Below, in pieces: positions 29,799-43,856 of a stretch of DNA of 64,000 nt. Below the pieces are notes generated by a model. That model ran no database searches. It had not been told where the DNA came from and was given only the letters and a program-made list of their open reading frames with translations. Location: assembly GCA_964016885.1 (NCBI GenBank), contig OZ024749.1:3658001-3722000 (forward strand), given 5' to 3'. The stretch's first letter is position 1; every line of letters begins with the position of its first letter. The DNA comes from Eledone cirrhosa. Taxonomy: Eukaryota. A program made the translations under genes and the position numbers.

Positions 29799-30428
29799 AA
29801 AAAATGAAACGAAATTTCATTTCTCACTCTTAGTACGGCTGTTACTTAAATATAAGCATATATATGTACATACATATATGTATACAGACGTACAGTAGTA
29901 TGTATATATATATATACATACATGCACACATATATATATATATATATATGTACGTATGGATTCACCGAACATTCACTATAATGCTCGGTGTGTTTGTAAA
30001 AAAAAACATCCCGAATTAAGCGGTACAGTGTCTAGCAACCATCGTTGCTCATTTGTTCAACACTGACAAAGGAACGCTGTGCTAGTTTAGAGATTATTAG
30101 CTATCTTCAGCAACGTATACCTTCTGCCAGATTGTTGAACGTCTGAAAGTATATACTTACCTTATGCATATTAACGGCTGAGCAGCCTAATTTGCATATC
30201 GAGTGAGTTAATCGGCCGGGGTACCGAGAACGATAAACGGAAAAAATGAAACGAAATTTCATTTCTCACTCTTAGTACGGCTGTTACTTAAATATACACA
30301 TGTATATGTACATACATATATGTATACATACGTACAGTAGTATGTATATACATATATATACATACATGTACACATATATATGCGTACGTATGGATTCACC
30401 GAACATGCACTATATACCTCGGTGTGTA
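29799..30428 (-). mobile_element. Tandem (~1.4 x 442 bp) copy of the same hammerhead-bearing unit
   Basis: aaaaaatgaaacgaaatttcatttctcactcttagtacggctg recurs at 29799 and 30241. A degenerate hammerhead at 30074-30116 (-) reads CTGAAGA...TAAAC TAG CA. Confidence 0.7.
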
Positions 30429-30468
30429 TTCTTTCCTGGTTATGTCAATATTTATAAAACAAACTTTG

Positions 30469-30529
30469 TATTTTATCTGATGAGGCCTTACCAAAGTTTT
30501 GGTACCCTTGAAATATATATAATAGAATA
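30469..30529 (+). ncRNA. Type I hammerhead ribozyme (family also at 45.0-45.4, 52.4-53.3 and 62.6 kb)
   Basis: tattttat-CTGATGA-ggccttacc(aaagtttt)ggtaccctt-GAAA-TATATA-TA^atagaata, with an 8-bp stem I. Confidence 0.75.
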
Positions 30530-31002
30530 AATATGGTTTTATAAATATAGTTTCCATTTATGTAATATCATTGTATATATATATAGAGAAAGAGTGAAAG
30601 AGAGGGTGAAAGTTATATACATGTGTGTAAATGTTCTCGTGTATTTGTGTAATTGCAGTTTTGTAAGATTCCCTACTGATGTTTGCAAGTGCTACTGATT
30701 TTTTGCGTGTATGTATAGATGTGTGTGTGTGTGTGGGGAGGGGGATGTATACATATGCTTCATTATATTCTATATGTTTATTATCGTGCAGTCTATCGAC
30801 TCTAGCAAGTAGATCACAGATAACGCTGACTGCAAATTTGTTGGGCAGGAGTGAGATGGGAGAGAAGAGGCAGTAATAAATATGATACGCCGATAAATTT
30901 CTATGTTTCCGGACACAACACTGCACATAAATGTATATATATTGTTGCTATGTAAATATCTATATACGCATGACTTATACACACACACACACATACATAC
31001 AT

Positions 31003-31098
<96 letters not shown>

Positions 31099-31209
31099 GT
31101 ATGTGTGTGTATATATATATAAATATAAAGGAAAATATAGAAATTAATGTGAGCAAGAACCAACAGTATATATATAAATATATATATGTGTGTGTGTATA
31201 ACAACTAAA

Positions 31210-31296
<87 letters not shown>

Positions 31297-31300
31297 AACG

Positions 31301-31369
<69 letters not shown>

Positions 31370-31865
31370 GTATGTGTGTGTTAATTGTGTATGTGGATCT
31401 TAATATTTATATATTCTTGATTGTGGGAATACCTACTAAATATCAATGTAGATATATATCATTGTCAGTATTAAGGTCGAGCCTCCGGCTTGTATCTAGG
31501 GATGGTTCAATCTGTCCTTACTCGGTCACCAGACGGGAGACTGTCTACTACGATGAATGTGTGAATAGAAGGAGACACTCCCCTGTAGCAAGACATAGCA
31601 TTATCCGTAAATAAGATAGTTGGATAACTACATACGTATTTCCCCTTAATAATAAAAAATGTTCTTCATACTGCTTTTCTTTCTCTTCTATTTCTTATTA
31701 ATTCTTCTCTGTCTTAGAAGAAAGTTTCAGCCATTTTTAATGCTATATCAAGTATTAAACAAAAATATATTATCATTTTATTGAACATACTCCAGTATTT
31801 TTTCTTTGCTGAGTATACACACACACACACACATACACACACGCACACGTACACAAATAAACACG

Positions 31866-31935
<70 letters not shown>

Positions 31936-31960
31936 ATGTATAATAAACAATACAATATAA

Positions 31961-32034
31961 TTACCTCATTACCAGAGGTTTCCCGAATAAAACGAATACA
32001 AGAAACGTCCTCATTCGTTCGTCGGACAAGGCAA
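31961..32034 (-). ncRNA. Hammerhead-like motif (CCGACGA variant) related to the Naiad pLTR
   Basis: Reverse complement reads ttgccttgt-CCGACGA-acgaatgagg...attcgttttattcgg-GAAA-CC(tct)GG-TA^atgaggtaa. The adjacent tail at 32035-32105 resembles 43888-43950. Confidence 0.6.
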
Positions 32035-32109
32035 AATTAATTTAGCTCTTTAATTTACATAGAGCACTCTTTACTCCTTTGACTTTTTAAATTTTCAACG
32101 GAAAATATA

Positions 32110-32576
32110 CTAGTCGAATTACCCGCTGCGTTTCACATATTTTTTTTGTAAGAAAATAATGATCGATTTTATATCAGTGATATAATTTATGTAGAAAAAC
32201 TCTGCATTTCAATATTACTCAATGCAAAATGTAATGCATGACAAATTGGAAAACATTATTATTTGTAATATATCAAATCAAAATTACATTATTAAATCTT
32301 ATTCTTATTTTGTTTCTCGTAAATAATTTTATCAAAATATCAATTCAAAACTTCTGTGAATAGGCATCATATCTTGTCATTTACCTATGGTTTAAATTTC
32401 ATATAAATCGAAGGGAAAAGAGTTGCAGCTGGGGTCTGTGCCCCCGGGGAACCCTTTAATTAAAATGACATATACTTACCCAAGTACCCTGGGCAATGTA
32501 GTTTCAGAATATATATATAGTTATGGGTTTCTGTCTCCCAAACCATAGGAGTAGTTCGCGAACAAACAAACATTTG
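32110..32576 (-). mobile_element. Possible Helitron-like remnant
   Basis: The minus strand ends ...cgcagcgggtaattcgaCTAG|T, and a short (acaa)n run lies near the other end. Confidence 0.4.
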
Positions 32577-32674
32577 GAAGAGATTTCAACATGAATGGAC
32601 CTGTTATTTTTATCTAAAAACATTTTTTCCAATTCCAACCCGCGTTTACTCGCAATCTATTTTATTTCTCATTC

Positions 32675-32715
32675 TTTCTTTTGATGAAGGATTAGCGTCC
32701 GAAACGCTCAGACCC
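32675..32715 (+). ncRNA. Degenerate minimal hammerhead
   Basis: TTGATGA-agga(ttagcg)tcc-GAAAC-GC-TC-aga. Related to 60083-60121. Confidence 0.45.
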
Positions 32716-32858
32716 TCTTCCTGCTATATCAAGCGTTAACATAATATATCCCTTCTATATACTGTACCGATTGTGTTGTTATTTATGTTTACATTTTACA
32801 TACCTATATACATACATACACACACACACACATATATACCTGTATATATATATATGTA

Positions 32859-33198
<340 letters not shown>

Positions 33199-33308
33199 TT
33201 TTCTCCGGATTACTTTTGGAACTACAACTGGAACCGTCGAGCAAACTCTACGTGAGCTTTCCATCTACTGTGTGTAATATTTATATTACAACACTACGGA
33301 AAATACTG

Positions 33309-33340
<32 letters not shown>

Positions 33341-35752
33341 CATATTTATATATATGATTTAGCAAGGACAGAAGTGACCCAAACCATCCAATAGTAAATC
33401 AGTATGCAGGAGATTTAACGAATGAACAATTTATCCTAATAAGTTATGTTTTGAAAACCTAGAACTGAGGAAGCAAGTTTTGGTAATATCAACATTTCAT
33501 CAGTTTAATTATTATTAATTTTTCTTATATAACGCTTTCTAAATTTCACACACTTTTTCAATGTATACATAGGTGTTTGTGTGTGTGTATGGTTCTGTGT
33601 GTGAGCGTGTAATATGCGTCTCTAAGAATACACTGTACATGTTACTTACATCTACTTCCAGTCAGTACAAGTTGGTTAAGCTGATGTTATGTTAGCATAT
33701 ACTAGCACATTATGATGCGGATGCGAAGGAATATATATAGCCTCAAATTCACGCTTTTGCCTGTAACTCTTCCTAGTCAAGATGGTTAAAAGCGATCGTT
33801 ACTACCAAGAATATAGGAATATCAATCTAATAATATCATTATATAAATATTTATATTCGTACATTTGCTGATGTACTGACGAGCGCCATGAAATTCTATC
33901 ACGAGTCATACTACTTTGCCAATTAAAAATGATTACACGCATACACAGACACACATACACGCACATACACACACGCTCACAACCTCCAACACGTACAAAT
34001 GCACACATAGGTGTACACATATATACAAACGTCATATATACTTATATATCTACCTTACTATCCTGTAATCAACAAATGTAGTGACATACACCATATTTAT
34101 TTTTTTCAACCGCCACCTCACTCTACTCCTTGACGAACCTGCAGTCATCACTATCAGCCATCTTGTTTCTCGACAACATAGACTGGACTATAAAACAAAA
34201 TACAGAGAAAATAATCGAACGTTATACACATAGACACACTTAAAACAAGGAGTAGACAGTACGTACACATACATGTGTTAGTATATGCCGATATAAACAT
34301 ATAGTTATACAGAGATATGAATGCTCAAACACATTTATATGCAAGTAAATATACATAAACACATAGATTTAAACCTATATAGATAGACATATGTTTACAG
34401 ACAAATATCTACAATTACCTACACACACATTCCTACCAAGATACACATGTATAAGCAGAAAACAGGGAAATACACTCATGTTCATACACATGCACGAACA
34501 AACTCGCAAATACATACACATGTTCACATACATTAACATATAAATACAAATATAAAAATACGTACATACACATTTACAATGTTACTTGATCAGATACATA
34601 TATACATGTAAACTAATGCATGTGGGAAAATAATAGATTATATACTATAGAAGCTTGCACACACACATACACACGCACACACACATACGCACACACACAC
34701 ACGCACACACATACACACACACACACATATCCACTTAAAAAATAGCGAGTTACATACATAAATGCATAGAAACAAACAGCAATACTCGTCCATATATACA
34801 GAAAACAGAAGAGGGCAAACGCACACCATATAAAGAAATACACATACCTACACAATCACACACGTGCAAGCACACACAAATGACAAAACTCACACATTTA
34901 CACATATCCATATAGACAAATATCACACACACATACACAGAGGCATTTAAAAACATATATAGATGCACGCCTACATATTGAGAGTTACACATACATATAT
35001 AGAAACACACCCACATATACACGTGTCTCATACAGAAACACGTATTTTTTCATACGTATATATAGAAACACGTATTTTCTCATACGTATATATAGAAACA
35101 CACCCACATATACACGTGTCTCATACAGAATCACGTATTTTCTCTTATAAAATTGATACACACGCTCACATACATTGACGCACAGGCATACGTGCATATA
35201 TATAGAGAGAGAGGCAAACTCACAAATACGCATGTACGAAAGAGTCACACATACACACAGAAAAAGCAGAGTCTCATAAAATACCAGAGAAACAGCAATA
35301 ATATCCATTTCTGCCAGAGTAGATTTCCTTACTCTCTCCTTCTACTTCCCATTCTCTATATTCTACATTGAGCCAATCACATTAACCCCTGTACAGATGT
35401 CCTAGAAACGGCGGCAAATGTCTGAGATTAATCCGTATAAGATTAAACGAAGCAAATCGACACTAGCTACTGCTATCCCCACTGCAAACAAAACCCCAAA
35501 ACCAGCTGTCTTAGAATATTTTATGGTTTAAAAGATACAATTTAATGATATACTGTACAGTAGTATATATAAGCCACATGTGAATCGAAGAATGTAAAGA
35601 ACATTCTATGTATATTGCATATCTACATAATATAGGTCTTAGTTATATTTGTGAATCTACAAACATATACGTATATGTATTATACATCAATGTTTATATA
35701 TATGTTAGTATATGAGCATCGTTATGTATGCATATACACATATGCATACATT

Positions 35753-35783
<31 letters not shown>

Positions 35784-37568
35784 ATGTGTGTGTATGTGTG
35801 TGTATGTGTGTGTATGTGTGTGTATTTGAATATATTGATTAATGCATTTATATTTGTATGCATATATATATATATATATATATATATGCGTGTTTGTGCC
35901 GGCGACTGCCCGTAATTGTGTATATGTAAAATAAGCGCACGGATGCATGCATACACACATTTATATCTAATGTAACATCCAGGAAAACCGCGAACGCCCC
36001 ATACAGAAGCACACTCACACTATCACCTCAATCATAAACTCCACCACGTATATGGATACACACTTGCACGTTCTGACTTGCGAACGCCAACCACTACACA
36101 TACATATCATCTATATTATTGTCGATGCATACATGTGGATCAGTGATTTTGTTATATATGTTCGATACAAACTCATACACATGCATAAAACACTAGAAAT
36201 TTCTGTGCTAGGATCTCTACTTGTTATACAGGTTCTCATATATCAGTATTAACTTATGCACCACTTGCTGTTTTCAAGCAAGCAATCGATTGTCTGACAC
36301 TGACTCAGTTAGATTTAGACAGGAGAATGTCCGTGGTTAAGTGGTTAATGTGCTGTGCTCTTCGTCGCGAGGTCATGAATTCGATTGACGCTTTCTGATC
36401 TTAAAGAATGCAATATTACACTGCTCAAGTCTACACAGTCGGCAATAAATGATTAAATAAATAAATAAATAGCGACTGAAATGATATTAATTGAAAGCAC
36501 AAACATGGCATGATGGTTAGGAGTTTGGAAGTTCAATCGTAATGCTGTAGATTCTATTACTGGTACCTGTCGGCTGTTGTGGTCTTGATCAAAATGCGTC
36601 ATTTCCCATTGCTCCAGTATGTCTGTTCAAAAGAATTACCAGCAGTAACTAGGACTAAATCCTTGCAATGGACTGGAGCCCTTTACCCTCAACTCATTCA
36701 CACACAGGAGATCGGAATAAGTACCAGCCTAATCTGCTTCTGGGCTTAAGTTTAAACTTGTGTTTTGAGAAATAATTTCAAGCTGTACTGGTATTTGCGT
36801 TTGTTTTTTCCCCTCCGTGTAAAACATTTAACGAGATATATTGTAACGTGAATGCATTGAAGACTTCCCGGCGTCCACAAAATAGCTTATCTGGAAATAC
36901 AATACGACGGAAATACAATACGACGCTGCATGTCTTAGGTTTTTAGCTTATATCCAGTGGGAAACTTCCATTTTATATATATAGTCCTTCATGTAACATG
37001 GGGCATTTCCTTTTACTGTTCTCCTATAGTGTTTTTTTAGTTCTATAACGTAGTAATATATATTTTGTGTTTGTGTCATTGTGTGGGAGTACCTGTTGAC
37101 GTATATTTGTTTGAATGTGGCCCTCTACTAGATGCTAGGGTGATTTGTCCTTGAGCGTTTCTTATTATTCTTGTCACTTTACAAGAGAAAATGTACTTTA
37201 AAGAGAGCCTATTTTTTCAAACATTGTGTAACTTTGAATCTTCATGCGCACTACGCTAATTGTACACGTGACTTCTGAAAGCTCAGGCTCATGCAAATAC
37301 ACTTCATTAAAACGCCGTCCACTTAGTCAAACAAGGAAGCACTCAGGGTCAGAATCGACGGAGCTGGAACAGAAACAGCTCGTAGTTGTGTGTTTGTGTA
37401 TTTATGATTAAATACCTGTATACGTGTATGTGCATTTTCTAATGTTACTGTATGTACGGTGCTTATTTATAATTTGTCCCCCAATTGTCTGGATAACCCA
37501 GGACACTATTTAAAACTCTACAATTATAAATGCGATACAATTTTCACCCATATGAAAAATAAAAAAAA

Positions 37569-37749
37569 TAATTGTTTCTACTTTTGGTACAAGGCCAGCA
37601 ATTACCCACTGCATTACTGGTACTTTATTTTATCGACCCCTAAGGGTGAAAGGCAAAGTTAACCTCAGCAGGATTTGAACTCAGACCATAAAGGGGCATA
37701 ACTCTTTGCTGCAAAGCATGGCGTCCAACCCTCTACGTATACTGCCAAA
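37569..37749 (-). mobile_element. SINE copy
   Basis: Reverse-complement consensus. Confidence 0.88.
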
Positions 37750-39281
37750 TATGAAAGGAACATGATTCCTGGTCTTTGCTTTTCTTAGTCTAAATAAAAT
37801 TGATGTGGAATATTTTAAGTCCGTTTTTCTTTTCATTTCCTGAGTAATCAGCCGATGGTTTAATACAATCAACTCTTTCATGGGTTCATTTAGTAGATCT
37901 CTCTATGTGTTGCAATCAGTCAGATTAGATCTTCTGCCTGATGATAACTTGTTCGTTTCTTCGCACTTGTCTCCGACACCCCATGAATTGTCGTTGGTGT
38001 TGCCCGTCAGCATTTGGCTAGGTTACTGTAAGATAAAAGAAATATTGAAATGAAATTATATTATGGCCATTCATAATATATGTGACATTTTGCCAATTTT
38101 AAAATTCTGTATTTGAAAAGTTATTCTGTAAACTACGAAATGTAATTAATATGTTCATTGATTTTTCTTATTCGACTGACCGCCTCCAAACTATATCTGC
38201 GTACCGTTTCCAAAGTTTTTTAGTACAAAATTCTATTCAAGATTTATTCAAACCAATGCCAGCCTTTGCCGGAGAGAATTACATTCAAAGATGTTCAAAC
38301 ATATTTATTCTATTTTTTTTTTTCAAATTTGAACATATTATATTTACTTTTACAATTTTACAATTTTTGTGAGGCGAATTTACATCATCGTAGTTTGATT
38401 GGTATTCAAGATATTTGACATCTTATTGTATATTCCGACATTATATATTGAGGACTAGTTTAACACAGTATGCGAAGACATTATGGGAAGATATATCGGT
38501 TACTAGTAGCATCATACACAATCACATATCGGCTTCTTTAACGCCTGGAAGGATAACGAAATATGTATTTATTCTATGTAGTCTCAGTACCTTTAATGAC
38601 TGGTCTATTTCGAATCGTGGAAGAGTTATTGTTTGAATTATGGTTGGACAATATTTAAAGCTTCTCTTTCTGCAATGGAATCAGTGCTAATGATATTGCC
38701 AATATTATCGTGATCAGAATTTTATTCGTAATGTTTTATCAAAAATGAACAGTAGAATATAAAAACCAATAATTGTTTTTGTTATACATTTTATTTTGTT
38801 ACAGGTATTTTTTTTATATATATTCTTTATTTCCATTTTCTCAATAAGTAGCGATTATTTTTCGTATCTATGTAATTAAATATAAAATACGACGGCCATT
38901 ATTACGCAATATAATATTTTGTGTTAGAACAACACTGCATCAGTGGTAATTATTGGTAATTTTATCATAATCATTATTCGAATGTATATTTTAAGTCGGC
39001 TAGAGCGGGACTTCAACTTGTAAATAAGAATTGAAAAGCTAAATAAATAACGTATTTTGTTCGCTATCGGTCATTCAGATTATGCTACAGTACGTTCTAG
39101 TCAGGGGCGTGGCTAACCAAGTAGACCACCTCACCCGCAATTAATACCCAGTCAAGTGTATAAATAAATCGGCAGCATTAAATCACAGTATAACAGAAAA
39201 GAAAATGGGACGATCGTCAGTTCAAACCAAAGAAACTATTTTCGAGAGAGAAGAAACCGGAACAGTTTTCTCTTATTTCCT

Positions 39282-39349
39282 TATGCTCTGATGAACGGAT
39301 TTTAAGTCCGACGGAAACGTCTAATGATTTCGGAGCATATTCTCTCACT
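39282..39349 (+). ncRNA. Hammerhead-like motif
   Basis: tatgct-CTGATGA-a-cgga(ttttaag)tccg-acg-GAAAC-gtc(taat)gat-TTC-ggagcata. Stem I register is imperfect. Confidence 0.45.
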
Positions 39350-40051
39350 GGGGTATCTGACCCTCTGGGCTAGTAACGGCAAAAACTTCACCCTCTTCGC
39401 ACGTGCTGTGATTGACCGCCAGTTGTCGACGTCATAATAATTCTGATCACAGGTACCAGTCCGCTGACCATCAGGGAGTAAGCTCTCCCACGTCTTCTGC
39501 ACTTCAATAAATTACTGCTGTGTTTGGTAGTTCACAAATCCACGCGCGCGCACACACACACACACACACATTCACAAAGATAATGGCAGTCGTACGCATA
39601 GACGCCCGCTATACACATACATCTAAGGAGAACATATAAACATATAAACATACGCATACATGCATCCAGAGAGGCACGTAAATACACAGACACATGCCCA
39701 CATGTCTATATACATCAACATGCACACATACATGTGCGTACACATGCATACGCGTATATATACCCGTACACACAAACACGTAGAGACATATACATAAACC
39801 CCCCTTCCACCCACTCACATACATATATACACGTACCCATATACATATATACACACACAGGTACACACTCGCTCGTAAACACACATATATACACACAAAC
39901 AAGCCCTTTACCTACACGGGTGCTTGTGCACATACTTACACACACTGGTCATATAAACTCTTACAAATATGCGCATATTCATAAAATATATATATATACA
40001 AGGGCGGTGCCCCAGCATGGCGTCAGCCGGATGGCTGAAACAGGTAAAAGA

Positions 40052-40082
<31 letters not shown>

Positions 40083-40089
<7 letters not shown>

Positions 40090-40378
40090 AAAAAGAGATG
40101 AAATCGAAAATGCAACTGGAGTCTTATTTTTTTTTTAAATATATATATTTATTTGGTTCCTTTACCGGCTTCGCAGTTCTTCTGCTTTTCAAAAGGTGAG
40201 TTGAGATGGAGGGTCTGTGGTTTTTCTCATGTGAGAAAAACCACAGACCCTCCATCTCAACTCACCTTTTGAAAAGCAGAAGAACTGCGAAGCCGGTAAA
40301 GGAACCAAATAAATATATATATTTAAAAAAAAAATAAGACTCCAGTTGCATTTTCGATTTCATCTCTTTTTCTTTATA
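40083..40378. repeat. 296-bp essentially perfect palindrome (148-bp arms, centre TG at 40230-40231)
   Basis: Arms match base for base by eye. Each carries a mutated hammerhead (cctt-TTGAAAA-gcag(aagaa)ctgc-GAAG-CCGG-TA-aagg). Same family as positions 1-55. Confidence 0.95.
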
Positions 40379-40433
40379 CTTTCACTCGTGTAGGACACCT
40401 CGGTTATTTCTCATTTTGTAAAAAAAACCTCAC

Positions 40434-40525
<92 letters not shown>

Positions 40526-40551
40526 ATGTAATAAACAACATAAGGCAATTA

Positions 40552-40611
40552 TTCCATTTACCAGTGGTTTCTTAAAAGCAAAAGGTTTTGCTTTCAATCC
40601 TCAGAATGAAA
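40552..40611 (-). ncRNA. Type I hammerhead ribozyme in terminal 3' pLTR of the Naiad element
   Basis: Reverse complement reads ttcatt-CTGAGGA-ttgaaagcaaaaccttttgcttttaa-GAAA-ccactgGTA-aatggaa, with an intact core. Confidence 0.88.
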
Positions 40612-40756
40612 AAAATCCTGGTTTGTTTATTGAATTTGGATTTTAAAATCAAAAATGCAATCTATATGAAAGTGAGGCTGGAGAAGGAAGAAGGAAAGGA
40701 AAAATAAAATAAAACTACACATGCAAACACACACACAAAAACACAAAAGCATACAT

Positions 40757-40819
<63 letters not shown>

Positions 40820-40919
40820 CATATACACATATATATAAAACATACACTTATATACACATACACATACAAACATATATACACATACAAACATTCATACATA
40901 CACACACACACACACATAT

Positions 40920-40980
<61 letters not shown>

Positions 40981-41380
40981 TACATATATATATGTGTGTA
41001 CAACCATACGCATACACAAACATAGCCATACACACACACGTATATACATACATACATTCACACAATCATACATATATACACACGTACATACATACACATA
41101 CATAAATGCACTCCTCTACATATTCACACACGCAAATAAATATAAGAAAAAAATATATATATTAAAACTTTTTGACACCGTTACATAAGGCAGCTAACTG
41201 GACAGACACGCGTGGTAAGTAATACACACAAATGCACGTATACATACGTACGAAATAGTAAACACATACACACACTCTCACACATAAATATACATATACA
41301 AATACATAAACACATACATACATACACAAACACGCACACGTATACAATATATACACACACACATATGTATATGTAATTAT

Positions 41381-41412
<32 letters not shown>

Positions 41413-41658
41413 GTACATAAATATAAACGCACACACACACACACATATATACGTATACATACACACACATATACATACATAGCTAAACAATTATACACAT
41501 ACAAATACGTATATATCATAAACACGCACAACCAAATACAAACACACACACACACACATACATGTGTGTATGTGTAAAACTCAGTCTTAGATAATTCATA
41601 TGAACCTTACATAAACGTATATATAGTAGTAAAGTAATAAAGCAACATAAGGCAATTA

Positions 41659-41718
41659 TTCCATTCACCAGTGGTTTCTTAAAAGCAAAGAAATTTTCCT
41701 TCAATCTTCAGAATGAAA
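41659..41718 (-). ncRNA. Degenerate hammerhead copy in internal pLTR
   Basis: CTGAAGA...GAAACCACTG-GTG. The cleavage triplet is changed to GUG and stem II is weakened. Confidence 0.7.
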
Positions 41719-42036
41719 AAAACCTGGTTTATCCACATATACATACATATACACACACAAATATATACATATATATACACATACACATACACACACATAC
41801 ATATATATATATATACATACATATATACCTATATATATATACACACAAATATACATACACATACACATAGGTATGTGAAGGGCAAGGCAATAAGAATATA
41901 TTGGGAGGGGGGGGCATAAGAGAAGGTAAAATATAATGGGAGGTAAGGAAGAAAAAAATAAGTAAATAAACAAGAGTACAGAACGTAGAATCAGCAAAAT
42001 AAAAGCCGTAGCAGAAGTAAAGAGCAGAGAAGGAGT

Positions 42037-43712
42037 TCAAGGCGGTTGATTTCTCATATTTCTCATAGGAGTGTCAATCCAGTTACATATCAGATGCGAT
42101 TTCAGATGAGGACAGCATCTGAAGATCTTAGTCTTTGAGTTAAGGCAAGCGGAAGTGGCTCTCAAGTTTAGCAAAATCCTATACCTTTCTGTGGTACACA
42201 AAGAACAATTCTTTGTGCCCCTTTCGTACTCCCTCGAATGGTCTAATATAGACCAATCAATAGAGTACGGGATGTTACTTGAGTTCCCACACCTTACTTG
42301 CGAGGGCCGTTGATGTTCGTTTATCGGAGTGCTTAAAAGAAGCGACATGTGAGTAAAATCTGGTTTTAAACCTGTCCTGGGTCATACCGACGTATCGCTC
42401 ACTCCTGGCTGGCTGGTTGTTGATTACTGGTGTTATCTTAGCCTCATAAACGACAGATTTGGTGTTATATTTACCCTGCAATGGGCATTCATCCGGCTTC
42501 CTGCAACTGCATCCTGGATTTATTCTTGTACGGTTTGAACTGGTGATTTTGGACTTCATAGATGGGCAACAAGAGTAGCTGATCTTAACTACGTTCCTAT
42601 TAAATATCTTATAATATCTATGATTAGGAGGAAAATGTTTGTCTAATAGTTCAAGGAATTTCCTTCCTACATTAGTTTTGACAGTTAGAGAGAAGGGGTG
42701 TGTGAACCAAATAATCTTCCTTTTCCTGTTATTGTGGTTAGTATTAAGGGGGGGGGGGGGTAGGTAAATGAGAATTCTTTTCTGTAAAACCGCTGTTCTT
42801 AAGGGCTTTATTATAATAAGGGGCGGCTTTATTAAAAATGTCTATAGACGAACGAAAATAAGGTAGAAATCCTACGGCTAATGTTAGGAATAAGATTATT
42901 AAAAACTATAGGGAGATGGCAAGACTCTTTGTGTATATACCTAAGATTTTCATTAGGTTTATGGTAGGGTTTAAAAGAGGCAGTAAGTAGATCAAGATTA
43001 ATATCAGGAAAGTTAGCATTAGTAAGGTTCGTATCTATAGTAATTTTAAGGTTAAGATTAGCAAAAGTATTGATTAAATCTTTACGGAATTTATCAAGGT
43101 TATGGCCGTTGGTGGTATGAGAAACTGCTAATCCGTCATCACGGTATAAACCGATATTATGGGACGGAAATTTCTCTTTGAGGGTGTGGAGAAGGAATAA
43201 TCCTACTAAGTCACACACATCCGCACTGTCATATGAACCCATTGCAACATCAAAAGAGTTTTCAGGGTTTGACTTTTTAACCCAAATATTATCATTAGTA
43301 AAAAGTAAAGTTTTTCTAGCATGAAAGATAATGTCTTCTTCTAATTTAGAAATATAAATGAAGGGTCTTGCAAAATCTAAGGCATTAGTTAATAAGGAAA
43401 CAGTAATAGAAGGGTAAAAATCGACAATATCAAATTGGGTAAATCTACACTTATTTATATCTTGTATATTATTGAACCAAGAAATAACAGAGGAAGTATT
43501 TAGCCACTGTGATAGGTCAGTGTTAGTTCTAATTTGGAGAATTATTTTTCTTAAGATTTTCTTACTTGCAAGGCCAACCTCGGATTTAGCCGGGTTAATC
43601 AGTCTACAACTAGGTCGATTAGTAAAGTCCAGTTTATGGTCTTTAAGGGTAATATATTCTTTACACTTAGCTAAGCTTTCAATCCGGTTATCTATTTGTA
43701 AATAACTAGCTA
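42037..43712 (-). pseudogene. Frameshifted PLE ORF: reverse transcriptase + thumb + Cys-rich linker + GIY-YIG endonuclease
   Basis: Motifs YITLKDHK, CRLINPAKSEVG, FDIVDFYPSI, FDVAMGSYDSADVCDLVG and GLYRDDGL. A shifted frame gives RKRKIIWF...KTNVGRKFLELLDKHFP...KIFNRNVVKISYSCCPS, then GCSCRKPDECPLQG, VVYEAKI...YVGMT...FKTRFYSH and CSLCTTE...LNSKTKIFRCCPH. Frameshifts lie near 42860, 42770 and 42277. Confidence 0.92.
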
Positions 43713-43796
43713 GTTCTTCCTTCTCCAGCCTCACTTTCATATAGATTGCATTTTTGTTTTTAAAAAATCCAAATTCAATAAACAAACCAGGATTTT

Positions 43797-43856
43797 TTTC
43801 ATTCTGAGGATTGAAAGCAAAACCATTTGCTTTTAAGAAACCACTGGTAAATGGAA
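43797..43856 (+). ncRNA. Type I hammerhead ribozyme in inverted pLTR of the Naiad element
   Basis: tttcatt-CTGAGGA-ttgaaagcaaa(acca)tttgcttttaa-GAAA-CC(act)GG-TA^aatggaa. All three stems pair. Predicted cleavage after GUA at 43849. Confidence 0.88.

Noticed and set aside
42037-43785. Selenocysteine recoding as reported for some Naiad elements
   Set aside because: The conserved Cys positions I could read are Cys codons (one is Tyr). The breaks are frameshifts ending in TAA, and the only TGA noted is the terminal stop.
43713-43785. N-terminus of the 317-aa RT ORF
   Set aside because: It derives from the inverted pLTR rather than from the real protein start.
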